The position numbers and the translations under genes were made by a program. DNA of 64,000 nucleotides from Guillardia theta CCMP2712 (taxonomy: Eukaryota; Protista; Cryptophyta): assembly GCF_000315625.1 (NCBI RefSeq), contig NW_005434509.1, forward strand, positions 1-64,000, in the 5' to 3' direction. The notes below the pieces were generated by a model. The model saw only the letters and a program-made list of their open reading frames with translations. It did not search any database and had not been told where the DNA came from. Positions 36,898-49,100 of this stretch are shown here, one piece after another. Position 1 is the first letter of the stretch; the number at the start of each line of letters is the position of its first letter.

Positions 36898-37510
36898 TAA
36901 CAAGGAGGACGGTACGAGGAGATGCGAAGAAGGACGCTACGAGGTGATGACCAGGAGGAAGGTACGAGGAGATGACAAGGAGGACGGTACGAGGAGATGC
37001 CAAGGAGGACGGTACGAGGAGATGCCAAGGAGGCAGGTACGAGGAGATGACGAGGAGGCAGGTACGAGGAGATGGCGAGGAGGACGGTACGAGGAGATGA
37101 CAAGGAGGACGGTACGAGGAGATGCCAAGGACTAAGGTGCGAGGAGATGACGAGGAGGACGGTACGAGGAGATGCCAAGGAGGCAGGTACGAGGAGATGA
37201 CGAGGAGGCAGGTACGAGGTGATGACGAGGAGGACGGTACGAGGAGATGACGAGGAGGAAGGCACGAGGAGATGCCAAGGAGGACGGTACGAGGAGATGC
37301 CAAGGACGAAGGTGCGAGGAGATGACGAGGAGGACGGTACGAGGAGATGCCAAGGAGGACAGTACGAGGAGATGACAAGGAGGCAGGTACGAGGTGATGA
37401 CGAGGAGGACGGTACGAGGAGATGACGAGGAGGACGGTACGAGGAGATGACGAGGAGGACGGTACGAGGAGATGACGAGGAGGACGGTACGAGGAGACGA
37501 CGAGGAGGAG
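36898..37510 (-). repeat. 25-bp minisatellite, right arm (inverted relative to the left), ~24 units
   Basis: (GACGAGGAGGACGGTACGAGGAGAT)n, followed by a 22-bp tandem duplication at 37509-37552. Confidence 0.93.
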
Positions 37511-38244
37511 TCATGCTGACTAGCTTGGCAAGTCATGCTGACTAGCTTGGCAAGTTGAACAGCATGATCCTGATTCACTGACTCGCCGGAGTCGCATCAC
37601 AGAGTCATGTGTCACTGCCCGGCGGCGGCCACCGCGACATCGCTGGCATGGCCGCGCGGGGGACTTGTCCTGCGCGCCGTTAAGTGAAGGTATCATGGCA
37701 GTTAAGTTTGGGGGACACTGAGCAGTCGGCAGGATTGGGTTTGGTTCTCGCTTTCCGAAGTTTTCTCTTCTCGCCGTGTGGCCTGTGCGACAGTGTCAGG
37801 GTCAAGCCTCCTCGACTCTCCTGATTGTCCTCGTACTGATCTTTAACTTAACTTTGAGTAAAGGGCCCGCCGCGCCCATGCCATTGTTGTACGGGACGCT
37901 ACACTGTGACTGGGAGTCACTGTCGGATTGAAGCCTCAGGGCCGAGACTCGGACTCGGGCCGGGACTCCGGGAATGCAGCGCTACACTCAGGACGACACA
38001 GGATCATAGTCGAGTAAGATCACAAAGGACGAAGTCAAGTTACGGTAGTACCGCACAGTAGTACTCACCGGCACACCGTCCACATTCACGTTCAAACGAA
38101 CTGCAACCACTGGCAGGGCTGAGGGGCAGGCCCACCCGGCGGCCCCCGCGGCGCCGGCCCACTGCCGACGGTGCCACGGGCCGGCCCGGGCCCGGCCCCC
38201 GGGCCCGGGATTATCGGCTCAGTCCCGGTGCCAGTGTGTCCGGC

Positions 38245-38413
38245 ATGCCAAAGTCACAGCGGCAGATATCACATCGACCTTAGTTCAAGGTACTAACAAC
38301 ACAGTTTTTGCTCAAGACCGAGTTTAATCAGTGCACACGAAACCAGAATTGAGGAGCACGGAGAGAGATAGACTGTATGCTAGGATGTGAAATCCAAGCA
38401 TCCAGACATGAGG
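38245..38413 (+). repeat. Dispersed direct repeat, copy 1 (partner at 39691-39889)
   Basis: Shared blocks TCACATCGACCTTAGTT, GTTTTTGCTCAAGACCGAGTTTAAT and GAGAGATAGACTGTATGCTAGGATGTGAA. Confidence 0.9.
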
Positions 38414-39167
38414 AGACCTTAGCAAGACGGCTAGGAAGGCGTGCACTACACGGTATGATTGCCCCCTTTTACAGGGCCGGAGTTTTTGTTAACTCGGCGC
38501 TATCGGCTGACTGGCACGGCTGGCATACGATCCATCCTCCCCCCGAGCCTGAAACAGTAGTACGTTACCGCGATCGGACGACGGTCAGAAAGTCACACAA
38601 ACAAGAGAATGTCAGCCGCTGAGCCTCGGAGAGTTCGAAGCCTGGCGAAATACGATAAGACTGTCTGCATCAAGTTCACAGATATGCTGAGTGGGCAATA
38701 ACCATTCAAGGATTGTCCATTCTGAAGAAGATTTTCATGCAGGGTTATTAGATGTGCAGTACAGAGATAAGGGAGATGCATAGCGAGCGGCCCATGATGC
38801 AATGAAGAGAGATCATAGTCACTAGTAGAGGATAAGATAAGAGTGTCTGAGGAGAGAGAAGATAAGAGAGAAGAAGTTGAAGAGAGAAGTTGCTCGCCAG
38901 CATTTGAAGACCAAAAGATAAATTTTGAACCGTAAAGAACTTGTGACCAGAGATTGCTGCCGCGAGATTGGAACATCCGTTTCAAGGCATTTGAAGATTG
39001 TTGTGCAGTTGTACCTTGTTCGCCGATCCAGAAGTAGCTCAGTCCAGTTGGCAGTCACCGCGGCATGCCACAGCCTAGCTCCATGACAACATGAAACTTT
39101 CGCCAGATCTCCTGGGAGTTCCATTTGATCCTACTCAAAGATCAAGAAAATATGAATTCTTATTTTC

Positions 39168-39512
39168 TTGATCGAACTCAAGAAAATATCTGACTCGAAC
39201 AGATACTAGTTCGACCGACTCGGCCAATTTCGGCCCAATCTGGCTGGGACTCCTTGAAAGGCTTGACTCGAACTCAAGAAAATATCTGACTCGAACAGAT
39301 ATTCGACCCACCAATCTGGCTGGGAAAGGCTTGTTTTTCCGAAGTTCCCATTCGAAGATCAACCCAGTATGTCAAACACTGAAGTTGTGACGATGAGCTG
39401 TTCGAGTCAGATATTTTCTTCACCGAGTTCGAGTCAGAAATTCGACCGACCAATCTGGCTGGGAAAGGCTTATTTTTCCTATTCGAAGATCAGTCAAACA
39501 CTGAAGTTGTGG
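39168..39512. repeat. Mosaic of short direct and inverted repeats
   Basis: TCGAACTCAAGAAAATATCTGACTCGAACAGATA at ~39171 and ~39268, partly inverted at ~39399; CCAATCTGGCTGGGA three times; GTCAAACACTGAAGTTGTG twice. Confidence 0.8.
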
Positions 39513-39690
39513 CTGGGATGAGAGATTGAAGAGAAGAGAATGTGTAAGGCTTGACTCACACAGAAAGAAAAAACTCCAGAAAAACAATATAACTAACCAA
39601 ACATAAGATCAACATGGCATGATGATTGAGCATGTAATCGAGGCTCATAAGCGACGGAGCACAAGTTTGTTAGACTTGCCAAGTTGTACT

Positions 39691-39889
39691 ATGCCAGAGT
39701 CACAGCGGCACTGCAGATGAGTCACCGTACGGTCGTCACATCGACCTTAGTTGTAACAAGACACTGCCGTTTTTGCTCAAGACCGAGTTTAATGCACACG
39801 ACTTGACACCAGAATTGAGGAGCACATGAGAGATAGACTGTATGCTAGGATGTGAACTTGAATCCACTGGCAAGCATCCAGACTTGAGG
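39691..39889 (+). repeat. Dispersed direct repeat, copy 2
   Basis: Same blocks as 38245-38413, with several short insertions. Confidence 0.9.
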
Positions 39890-41349
39890 GTCGGACCGTA
39901 CTACGGCATGCGGTAGCACTGAGTGCCGCCGGCCGGCGGGCCCCGGTCCCGGCAAGCCGGGTAGTACTTTTTTAGTCACTTTTTGTCAAGGGTGGTGATG
40001 ACTACCCCTACCCTTGGATGGTAGGCATTCTGATCCTACCAGGGGTAGTCGACTATTTCTCACTACCACACGTTCGGTCATTCCACCTAAAATCTAGAGG
40101 ATAGTACCGGTGGTGGAGGTCAGAGCAGGCTGCCACCCTTCCTAGTACTGCATACCCTGGCCCTTTCTTCGATACCTGGTATGTCACGGTGATTCAAGTA
40201 CCCCTCACCCCCTTCTCTTCTCCTGAGCACTTCCATACCCTTACATCCTGATCTTCTTCCTATCCGGTATATAATGAATTTCAACTACCCTAAAGAATGT
40301 GTTGGTCTGGTCATGACCCCTACCCACATCATCAATACCCCTACCCACATGTAATTTGGTCACCCCAGCCATTGGCTGTCCCCCAGAAGCGCGCCGGCCG
40401 CGGACGATGGCGGCTAGCAGGGCTGGGAAGCGGGAGCAGGGGGTGGCGGCTGAGGCTGGAAGAAGAGAGAAACGCAGAGCAGTAATAATGACGAGGCTGC
40501 AAGGAAGACAAACAGAGGAGAACGCTTGTAAGCTAGGACGGGAGGACGGGAGGTGCGAGACATGGATGAAGAAAATGGGTTTGGACTGATACCCGAGAAG
40601 TCGCGAGAAGTGAGGAATGGTGTTTTCTTGATTTTTTTTCAGAAAAAGAGATACTGGAAAAATGTCAGGAAATTATTGCATGGTTGAACAAGAAGGAAGG
40701 CGAGAAACAGGGAGCGTCTAGGATTTGTGACAGTGCTAAATCATAGAAATGAAAGACGGTGAAAGTGAGCGAAAGAAGGCTAGATAGAGTTGGATGATTG
40801 CAGGTTTGGGAGGGCTGATGCGAATGGAAACTATGTATGTGAGCACAGTGACTACTGTGGATTTGCACATTGAGACTGATTGAAAGAAGAAATGAGGTTG
40901 CATGATACTACTCCCTCAACACTCGCGATGAAGAGTAATAGGCCTCAGAGTTGAACCCAGATTCGTTAGTCAATCGATTATACCTTTAGATGTCTGAGTG
41001 AGGATTACAAGTGAAAGATGGGTTGAATAGCCCCTTTTGCCATGGGTCCGCAGCTTCCACTTTTCACCTCCTTTCGTGCCTTCTCCACGTTCAAATGACA
41101 AGGATGCGTATCTCATGCACAAGCGTCTCGTTGATCTCTACAACTTGATTCCAAAGTCATTAACAAAAAGCTGCCTGCATTCTGCGATTTGATCGTTTCA
41201 TATTTTTGGAATGACGTTGTACGTTTGCAGTAGTTTTCAAATCATCTGATCAAGCTGGCCTAACCCCTTTTGCTATGCATGGGTGATGACATCCATGCAT
41301 GCTTCTGGTAGTTGCATTGTTGTTTGATAACTTCAAAGCATTGACTTTT

Positions 41350-44300
41350 ATGCAAGGGAGACCAGGTTTCAAAAAGCCGGACGCTAAGAAGCCGGGAACG
41401 GTATGGCCAATCATATTTCTTGCTGTGACTTATGATGTTTCAGACTTTGGTTATTCCTAAACCGATAAATCTACCAAGTAGAAGGAAAGAGAACAATGGA
41501 TTTGACCCAAACATCCAGCTTGTTTCAGGTGGTTCCTGGGGTGCAGGAACGCAAAAGCCTACCACCACCGGAACAGGGTTTCGCCCCACGACCGCACCAG
41601 CAGGATCTATAAGTCAAAAGCCTGCTTTGGCTCCTCAATCTCAGTTGCCGCCCTCTGCCACAAGTGGTTGGCCAGCGCGCACAAGTGTGAGAGATGAGTC
41701 CATTCGGACATCAGATTTCCCTGCCCTGGGAGAGTTTTCGTCTTCACAGGGCCGTGAAACCAGCACGACAACTAACAAGGTGGATGATACATGGAACCGT
41801 GATGATTCCCCTGCGCGGTCTTCTTTCCAAGGTCGGAAAGAAGACCTTTTGGATGCTCCAAGGTCCGAAAAGGCAGGGAAAGAATGGGGTGAAGCTGACG
41901 AGGACGAAATGGATTTCAACAAGCCAATCGTAATCAAAACTAGTGAAGCTCCACCCAATACTCTTAAATATCAAAGTTCTTTATCTGATCCCAGAGAAGA
42001 GGCTAGAATCCTTGCAAAGAAAAAACAGGTGAGTTGTTTTCGCGGCTCTGGCATCGCATGCTGACAAGTCAGAACAGTTGGAACTTGAGCGCATGCAAGA
42101 GGAATTGATCCAGCAGCAGCGTATGGCAGACATTGAGGCGATGGAGCGTGAAAAGAGGGCCCAAGAAGAAGAAGAGCGCAGGAGGAGAGAAGCCGAGTTC
42201 CAACGGAGCGTGCAGGAGGATGCGAGGAAGAAGTATCTGGAGCAAAGAGAAGATTACAGAAGGAGAGAGTTCGAGAGGGGCTACGATAGACGAGATCTAG
42301 ACAGACCGGACAGGCTCTCTGACGACCGCATCCCGCCTCGGAGATGGCAAGAAGATGATCGCAGCAAAGAAATGCCATGGAAAATGGACGAAGACAGTAG
42401 GATTCAGGTACAGGTTCCGGCGTTAGAGAACGAGAACGCTTTCAGCCAAAATCAGTACATGAGACAATCGGTAGAAGCTGCTAAAATCCGCCGTCAACAG
42501 GAAGAAGAGAGAATTGAAGCTGAACGGAAAGCTGCTGCTGAAGCGCGATTGGCAGAGCTGGAACGAAGGAGGCAGGAACGCGATGTGGAGGCAAGAAAGT
42601 TGCAAGAGGAGGATGATCGAGCGGAACAATTCCAACGTAGTCAACAGATGGAGCTCTTATCCTCTGTTCCGAACAAGGTGGCTGAACAGGAATTGCCGGT
42701 GAGACCTAATCCATGGGCACGTATTGATCAGACTATCGGCATGTTTCAAGCGTGTGAACAAAACTTGCCCGACCGAGAAAGAGAAGAGTTGGATTTGAGT
42801 GGCGGTGATGTACTTGAAGATGCAGAAAAGCTGCCATCTCATGCACAATACTCTGCTTGGAGTCGAGACCGTCCGAATGAGGTTAAGGGTCCGCGCAAAT
42901 TGTACGACCCTAAGAAAGATAGGTATCGCAATGCCAGATAATTGTACATATTTTTTGACGATGTGGTCAATCAGGTTGGTGTCGGAAGATGAAGCTTCTG
43001 GTTTTGGTAAGAAGACAGTCAATGAGAAGGAGGGACACGACAAATCCAGAAAAGAGAAAGACAAGCCAAGAGAGAAGGAGACAGATGCGGACAGAGCGTT
43101 GTTGAAAAGACAGGCATTAGAGGAAAGAAGGAAGAGAGAGAGGGAGAATGTGAAAAAGCCCGACTTTGAAGCATCTGATGGTTTATTGTCTCTGGATGCA
43201 TCACGGGCCGTCCCATCTAAGGGAAAAGTGCAAATCGTGAAACGACCGAACGCTACGCCGACAGAGAGGAAAGCTGCTTCGAACGGTAAGTTGTGGGTGG
43301 TAGTAGTGGCAAGCAATTTGACGAATGGCTACGCTTTAGGATCAGGCATTGAGAAAGCCCCAAAAACTCAGACGAAACGAACCCCTGTTACAAAAGAAGA
43401 GATCGATGCAGATACTATGCCTATCACTAGCGAATGGATGAACAGCTCAGTGGTTATCTCGACGGCCAGTAGCATGCCATCGTGGAATTCTGGGTATGAG
43501 CCACTTTCTTGGTCCTCGCAACCAAACATCACGGGGGCTTGGTCAACACCCAGCAATGAACAGCTTGTTTCTCCGAATCTTGCACCGATGTTCGGCGATG
43601 GGAGAGAGGATGCCACTGAGGTCGCAAAAGGAACTGCTGATTTCATCCTTGATGGTGACGACGAAGGGCCAACTTCAGAGAAACAGGATGCGTTTCCTCA
43701 AGCTTCAAATCTTCTTGCGAATTCATACAATGCTACAGCCACGCCTGATTGGGGGACGCAGACGACAGCAGGTTGGAGCGCGACGAGTGTTGGATGGGAT
43801 GGCCTCAGCCAAAAAGTGAGCAATTACGAAGCAGCATTCAGTGCTGGGCAGTTCAAAGCACCCTCCACCATGGGATTTTCATTTCTACAACCGCTGACCC
43901 AAGAACAGGTTTGGTCTGATGCGTCACACTTGCTCCAAGCTGCACCGGCATCCTTGTTTTCGGAGATTGGATTAGATCAGAACCTTACCTTACAGTGGAG
44001 CGCGGAACAGCTTCCGTCTACTTGGAGTGCTCCCTCATTCACGCTCAGTGGCAGACAGGCCAAAGAAATCAATGAAGAGAAGGGCAATGACAAGAGCAGC
44101 GGGGGCATGGGGAGCATGAATAAATCCAAGCTTTCCAGAGATAGCAAACAGACACCTCGGAAGCCGCCGCCTCCAAAGAGGATTTTCCATCAAGATGCAT
44201 CCAGCCTGTCAAGTGAACAGACTAGTCCGATGACTTCAACAGGGAGCGGTGCTGTTCCTATGGCTGGTCGTGGCGTAGGTCGTGGAGGCAGAGGTGGATT

Positions 44301-44529
44301 TGTAAACCCTGTGAGAGGAAAAAGGATCGTTGGAAAGCCACAGGCTCCAGGCCAGGGGGAATTTCAGGAACCTTTCTCACAGAATGAAGCTTCCAACGCC
44401 ATCGTACCTCGCCGCGGTGGAAAAGTGATCGTCCCTCAAAATATCAGGAAGGCTGCCCAAGATGTGGCCAAAAGGAAAAATCTAGGAAACAAAGCCAGTG
44501 ATCTGGCAGACGATGGAAATGTTGTTTAA
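41350..44529 (+). CDS. BAT2 N-terminal domain protein (PRRC2/MOS1-like), multi-exon, largely disordered
   Basis: PKPINLPSRRKENNGFDPNIQLV..GSWG matches the BAT2_N signature. Also DFPALG, an R/E-rich coiled coil with AAAEARLAELERR, and RGG boxes near the C-terminus. Short introns begin near 41401, 42029 and 42923. The start codon is uncertain. Confidence 0.75.
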
Positions 44530-45488
44530 TCAGTACGAACAGGATCTTAGCGCGCTTCTTGTGGAAGCCATGTGCTGCGTCTCACATCACAGTCTGCAAG
44601 TCGTCGGATGGAACTCGATCCACAAATGTGCGCCAAATTTGACTATTTTTGCGCACTAGTGTTTGCAAGGACTGGGCAACAGGCGTTCTTTGTCCATGGA
44701 CCTTTTGCAGATATGGGAATGGGACTTTTTCCTCTCGCAGTTTGTGGATGGCCACTCGAATTTCAAAATTCACCTTTGAACGAGTGGATGTTTTAGGTGT
44801 GAGTGACTGACAACACATTGGGGGTTCTCAGTCTTTATCTTCATTTAGTCGTTTGACAACTTGCAAGTGAGGTCACAGCCTCGTAGCAAAGGAGGATGTC
44901 AGATTCAGGTCGAGAGCTGCACAAGAGCGGAGATGAATCTAATGAGAATTGACAGTTTGCTAGTGTATGATCAGATCAGATTTTGTAAAGATCACTTGCG
45001 TTTTCGTTGATGTTGTTGCGACCGCACATGTATCAGTGCGGATCAGCGGCCAAATGTCTTGCTTTGACATTTCCATGCGTTACTCTACCTTTCTGGGCTT
45101 GATATGGTGAAGAACCTAACTTGCCTTACTTTCAAGGCTCGTCTGCGAATTGCGATTTCTCCCTCCTTGTCCCTCCCTCCGTCCCTCCCTCCCTCCCTCC
45201 GTCCCTCCCTCCCTCTCCTCCTCGCACTCCGTACATGCTCTTCAACTCTTTTGAAAATAAGATCCTTGCTTTCGACTCAGCTTGAGCTGATATCTTGTGA
45301 GTCACGATTTTCTCAAGTTCATTACTGGATCAACCCTCAGGTTTCTCTTAATAGATCATTTGATTTGCTCACTGTTCACATATCTCATCCTCAGCATGAC
45401 CTTCTACACCGTCTCAACAAGACACGCAGATCAAAGAACACTAAGACCAAACTCCTACACCCTGAGTCCTTACCCTTCTGCACTCCCA

Positions 45489-45878
45489 TCATGTCCGCAT
45501 GCATGTTGGTCCGCATGCCAGCTGCAGTGCAAGCGTCCATTGCTGCGACTCCTCTTGCGATGTGGCAGCTGCTTGCCTCTCCTGCTGGTACCGCAAAGTT
45601 GTAAATTCAAGGGCCCAGTTGCTGCTTGTTTGCACAAGGAAATTCTCTGTTGCTGCTAGCAGATGCGCCTTGTCTCTCTTCTTGGCCTCCTCCAATGACA
45701 TCTGGTGCTGCACGGTCGACGAGGTGCTGGTATCATGCTCTTCCATGCGCACAATGGGGCCGCTGCTGAGATCCCCTCCTAGAATAGCGTCGAGGTTCTG
45801 GGCATGATGGCTGTATGCTCTCATGAAGTAGCGAGGCCCTGCCGCCATCATGGACGAAGTGAGCCTGAGGGCGATCAT
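45489..45878 (-). CDS. Hypothetical small protein, possible mitochondrial presequence
   Basis: MIALRLTSSMMAAGPRYFMRAYS is Arg-rich and lacks acidic residues. No recognisable domain; it may be spliced. Confidence 0.3.
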   Translation of the reverse strand: MIALRLTSSMMAAGPRYFMRAYSHHAQNLDAILGGDLSSGPIVRMEEHDTSTSSTVQHQMSLEEAKKRDKAHLLAATENFLVQTSSNWALEFTTLRYQQERQAAATSQEESQQWTLALQLACGPTCMRT

Positions 45879-46034
45879 GCGAAGAAACGAAGTTTCCACG
45901 AAGAAGTAGAAGGATGGGGGGGGGGCGGAATAAGTCCAATGGACAAGCAAAGGAGGAGATGAAAGCGGACAGTGAAATGAAGGAAGGGCAGCAGGTTGAA
46001 GGGAGAGAGGGAGGGAGGGGAGGGAGGGAGGGGA

Positions 46035-46134
46035 NNNNNNNNNNNNNNNNNNNNNNNNNNNNNNNNNNNNNNNNNNNNNNNNNNNNNNNNNNNNNNNNNN
46101 NNNNNNNNNNNNNNNNNNNNNNNNNNNNNNNNNN
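46035..46134. other. Assembly gap (100 N) next to a (GGGA)n tract
   Basis: Run of N. Confidence 1.
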
Positions 46135-49100
46135 CGATTAGTGTTGCGGACACAATTATAAAATAGTGATATAATTTCAATGGTACAAAATATATTTAAA
46201 AGAATATATATTGGTATAATCTTTTACAACAATACAAAATAACTACGAAGGGACAAGGTAAAAATATAATTACCTCCCATGATATATATATATATATGTA
46301 TATTATTTGCTCCAAGGGCTGCATCTCTGGGACCAGTGGTGGTAGCACCGTTCGAAATTAAGTCAATGGTAGGGGTAGTATGCTGGGGTACTTAGTAGCT
46401 GGAAACGTGGGGGTGGGGGAATAATAGGGGTAATGGGGGTTGTTGAAACCGGAAGATTGGGGGCTGTAGTTGAGGGGGTAGGGTGGTCTTGGGGAATGGA
46501 AATTTGGCCGATATGGCCGGGGTGTTTGGTGAGGTATCACAAGGGTAGGTACGATTATGGTGGGTGGGGTAGTCAAGGGTAGGGTAATAGACAGGAAATC
46601 AGGGGGTACGTAGAACACAAACAGGAGTAAAATACGGGGTAGGTATTTGAGTATGGTGGGGGGTGGGGACTGCGAATGATTGTTGTTCTTTGGCAGTTGA
46701 TGCGCAGATCGACTGAAGTGGAGGATGGGAGGCGATGTTGGAAATGACGGGGTGCAGAGGATGCGATGGGGGAGATGAGGAGAATAGGAGCATGGAGAAA
46801 GAATAGAGCAGGAGTTCAAGAGGCAGGAGAGGGAGGGAGGGAGCGTAAGGGCGAGAGAGAGAGAGACGGGGGACACAGGAAAAGGATCCACGATTGCACA
46901 AGATTGATTTCTGACTGTGAAAAAAATGGTCTAAGAGTATTAGAAACCATTCTTATGTATGAAAAAACGCTTGTGTGATTGATGTGTCAAAAAAAAAATT
47001 CGTGTATATTGAACAACTTCTCTGTGTCTGACACGAAATTGCGACGTTGCTGTTTTCTTTTTAATTTTGACATTTATCGTGCAGGCGACCTGAGGGAATT
47101 GAGATTCTTTGGTTTACAATACCATAACAGCTGTTGAACCATTTCAAAGATCTGGTCAACAGTTTAGGAGCTTGGTTGGACCAAGCGGAGAATTCATGAG
47201 AATCGGATTGTCTTTCAACGGTGGGTTCTTCAGTTCTGCTGCTACTTAGACACATCCCGACAATAGACAAGGAAAGGCAATAATTGGAGGGGCTTCATGG
47301 TTCATTGGAGGCCCAAGTCAGCAAAAGTATATCCGATCCAACTGGACTGCAACATCTTGGAATTTTCCGTTGTTAAAAACAATAAGGGTGCCCACGAGTT
47401 CTCGTCAAAAGTTCCTCATCCAATCGGTCTTGATGGAGAAGGGGCTGGAACGGGAATTGGAGGAACAGGAGGAGTGCAGGGAGGAGGCAAGGCAGCTGTA
47501 CCTTTTGCACGGTCGCATTCGTGTCAAATGCCCTTGCAGTCAAAAATCAAGTGAGTGACTCCACGAGCAGCTCACTCGTGCTGACCTGACTTGTTTGCAG
47601 GCAGAGTGAGGTCGCGACGACGACTCGACCTGCCTCGAGGCAGTTTCAGCACAAGAGAGGCTCTGTGAGAGGGGCTGTAGGCATCAGTGTCATGAAGCAG
47701 CTCTTCTTCGGCTCCTGATCCGCTGGTGTTAGGATCCGCAAAGGGACCGTGAGCCATTGCGAGGGTTGAGTTTTCTTTTGCTGTGTCCTGCCTTGATCAG
47801 CGGTGCTATGGCTTGGATTCACCCCATTTCTGGCTGCCCCTGGCATGGTCACACAATTGCTGGCTCCTGGGGGTGCGCCTCTCTTTTTCTCTAAGTCATT
47901 TACGACTGGCTCACCCTCCCCTACCGCATTTCTTGTTGTGATGGGGCAGGAACCCTCCCGAATCTCTTACTCCTTCTCTCCTTATCCTCCTTCCTCTTCC
48001 TCTCCTTATACTCCTTCTTACTCTCCCGGGCCTCCTCCATCGGCTGGTGTGCCATGCTGATTGATGGATGTTGATCGAAGTCTTGAAGGACGTTTGGGTC
48101 AACATTAGAGATGAAAGCACTTCGAGATGCCGGAAAAGAACATCTCGAGGCCACCTGTTTGGATGCAATCTTGTATTGGCTTGTTGGTTGTATCGTGCTG
48201 TGTTGTGTTGTGTTGGCTGTTGTGGTGGGAAGTCGAGGAAGTTCATCGATCCCTTTATTTCAAGCACTTGTGCAAGTCAATCTGAAGCCAGGTTTGACTA
48301 GGCAAGGGAGGAGAGAGATGGATTCGAATCCCAACAGGGGAAGATGAAGCAAAGATCGTCAGGTTTGAGATCGACGCCTTTGCATTCGACGTGTCAGCCT
48401 CATTCAGTCGTTTGAACATGCAACCTACATGACAAAAATGCGGGAGGGGGATGATGATATCTTTAGTTAGGCTTGACTATTTTGATGTCAGCGATGAAGT
48501 ATCATGCTGAGCTTGATTTGATAATGAATCAGTTATACAAAGTTTGACCACACCGCGGATTTAAGTGACTTTCGAACTCGGAAAGCGCTATGCGCAGGTT
48601 TTGTGATCATTGAGTGGTAACAGGCTACCTGAACCCGGTCAGCGGACACCGGGCGGCCGCCGCAGGCTCGTACATCGACGGTGGCGGCAGTACGGTGCTC
48701 CGCCGCCGGTACAGAATCAAGTAACATTCAAGTAGTAAGCTGAGCATCATTGGCACTCCTCAGGGCCGGGCCGCGCAGGCCGGGCCCTGAGTCCGCATAG
48801 ATCGGACGGCGTCGATGATGCGTTTGCCGCGATGCAATGAACTTGAGTCGGAGTCCGATCACCGCGCAGACTCAGAGACCGCATCCGACTCACCGGGCTG
48901 AAGTTCACCGCCGGCATCACTGATGAGAGTCATCGGGCGTCACTGATCTCAGGTGACTCCGAATCAAGTTCATCGCGGCAAACGCCGCATCATCGGCGCT
49001 GTCCGTCCGATCTATTAGGCTAGCCGCCGGGCCCGAGTCGCGGGCCTTCACAGGCCGGGCCCGGGCCGGGCCCGGCCGCCGCGTGAGCCTGCCAGTCACT

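Larger units (their letters stand above)
35303..37510 (-). mobile_element. Foldback-like Mutator (MULE) relic: transposase fragment between inverted 25-bp minisatellite arms
   Basis: The left array (35303-35655) is the reverse complement of the right array (~36898-37510), and MULE motifs lie between them. Confidence 0.7.

Noticed and set aside
35303-37578. SSSPRTVLLVISSY-type ORFs
   Set aside because: They are translations of the 25-bp minisatellite; the unit is not a multiple of 3 and cycles through frames.
38245-39889. Direct repeats as LTRs of a retrotransposon
   Set aside because: No TG…CA termini, primer-binding site, target-site duplication or gag/pol similarity seen.
47000-48430. Possible minus-strand gene (ORFs 47572-48267)
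   Set aside because: Composition looks coding-like, but I could not assemble a consistent exon chain or recognise any domain.
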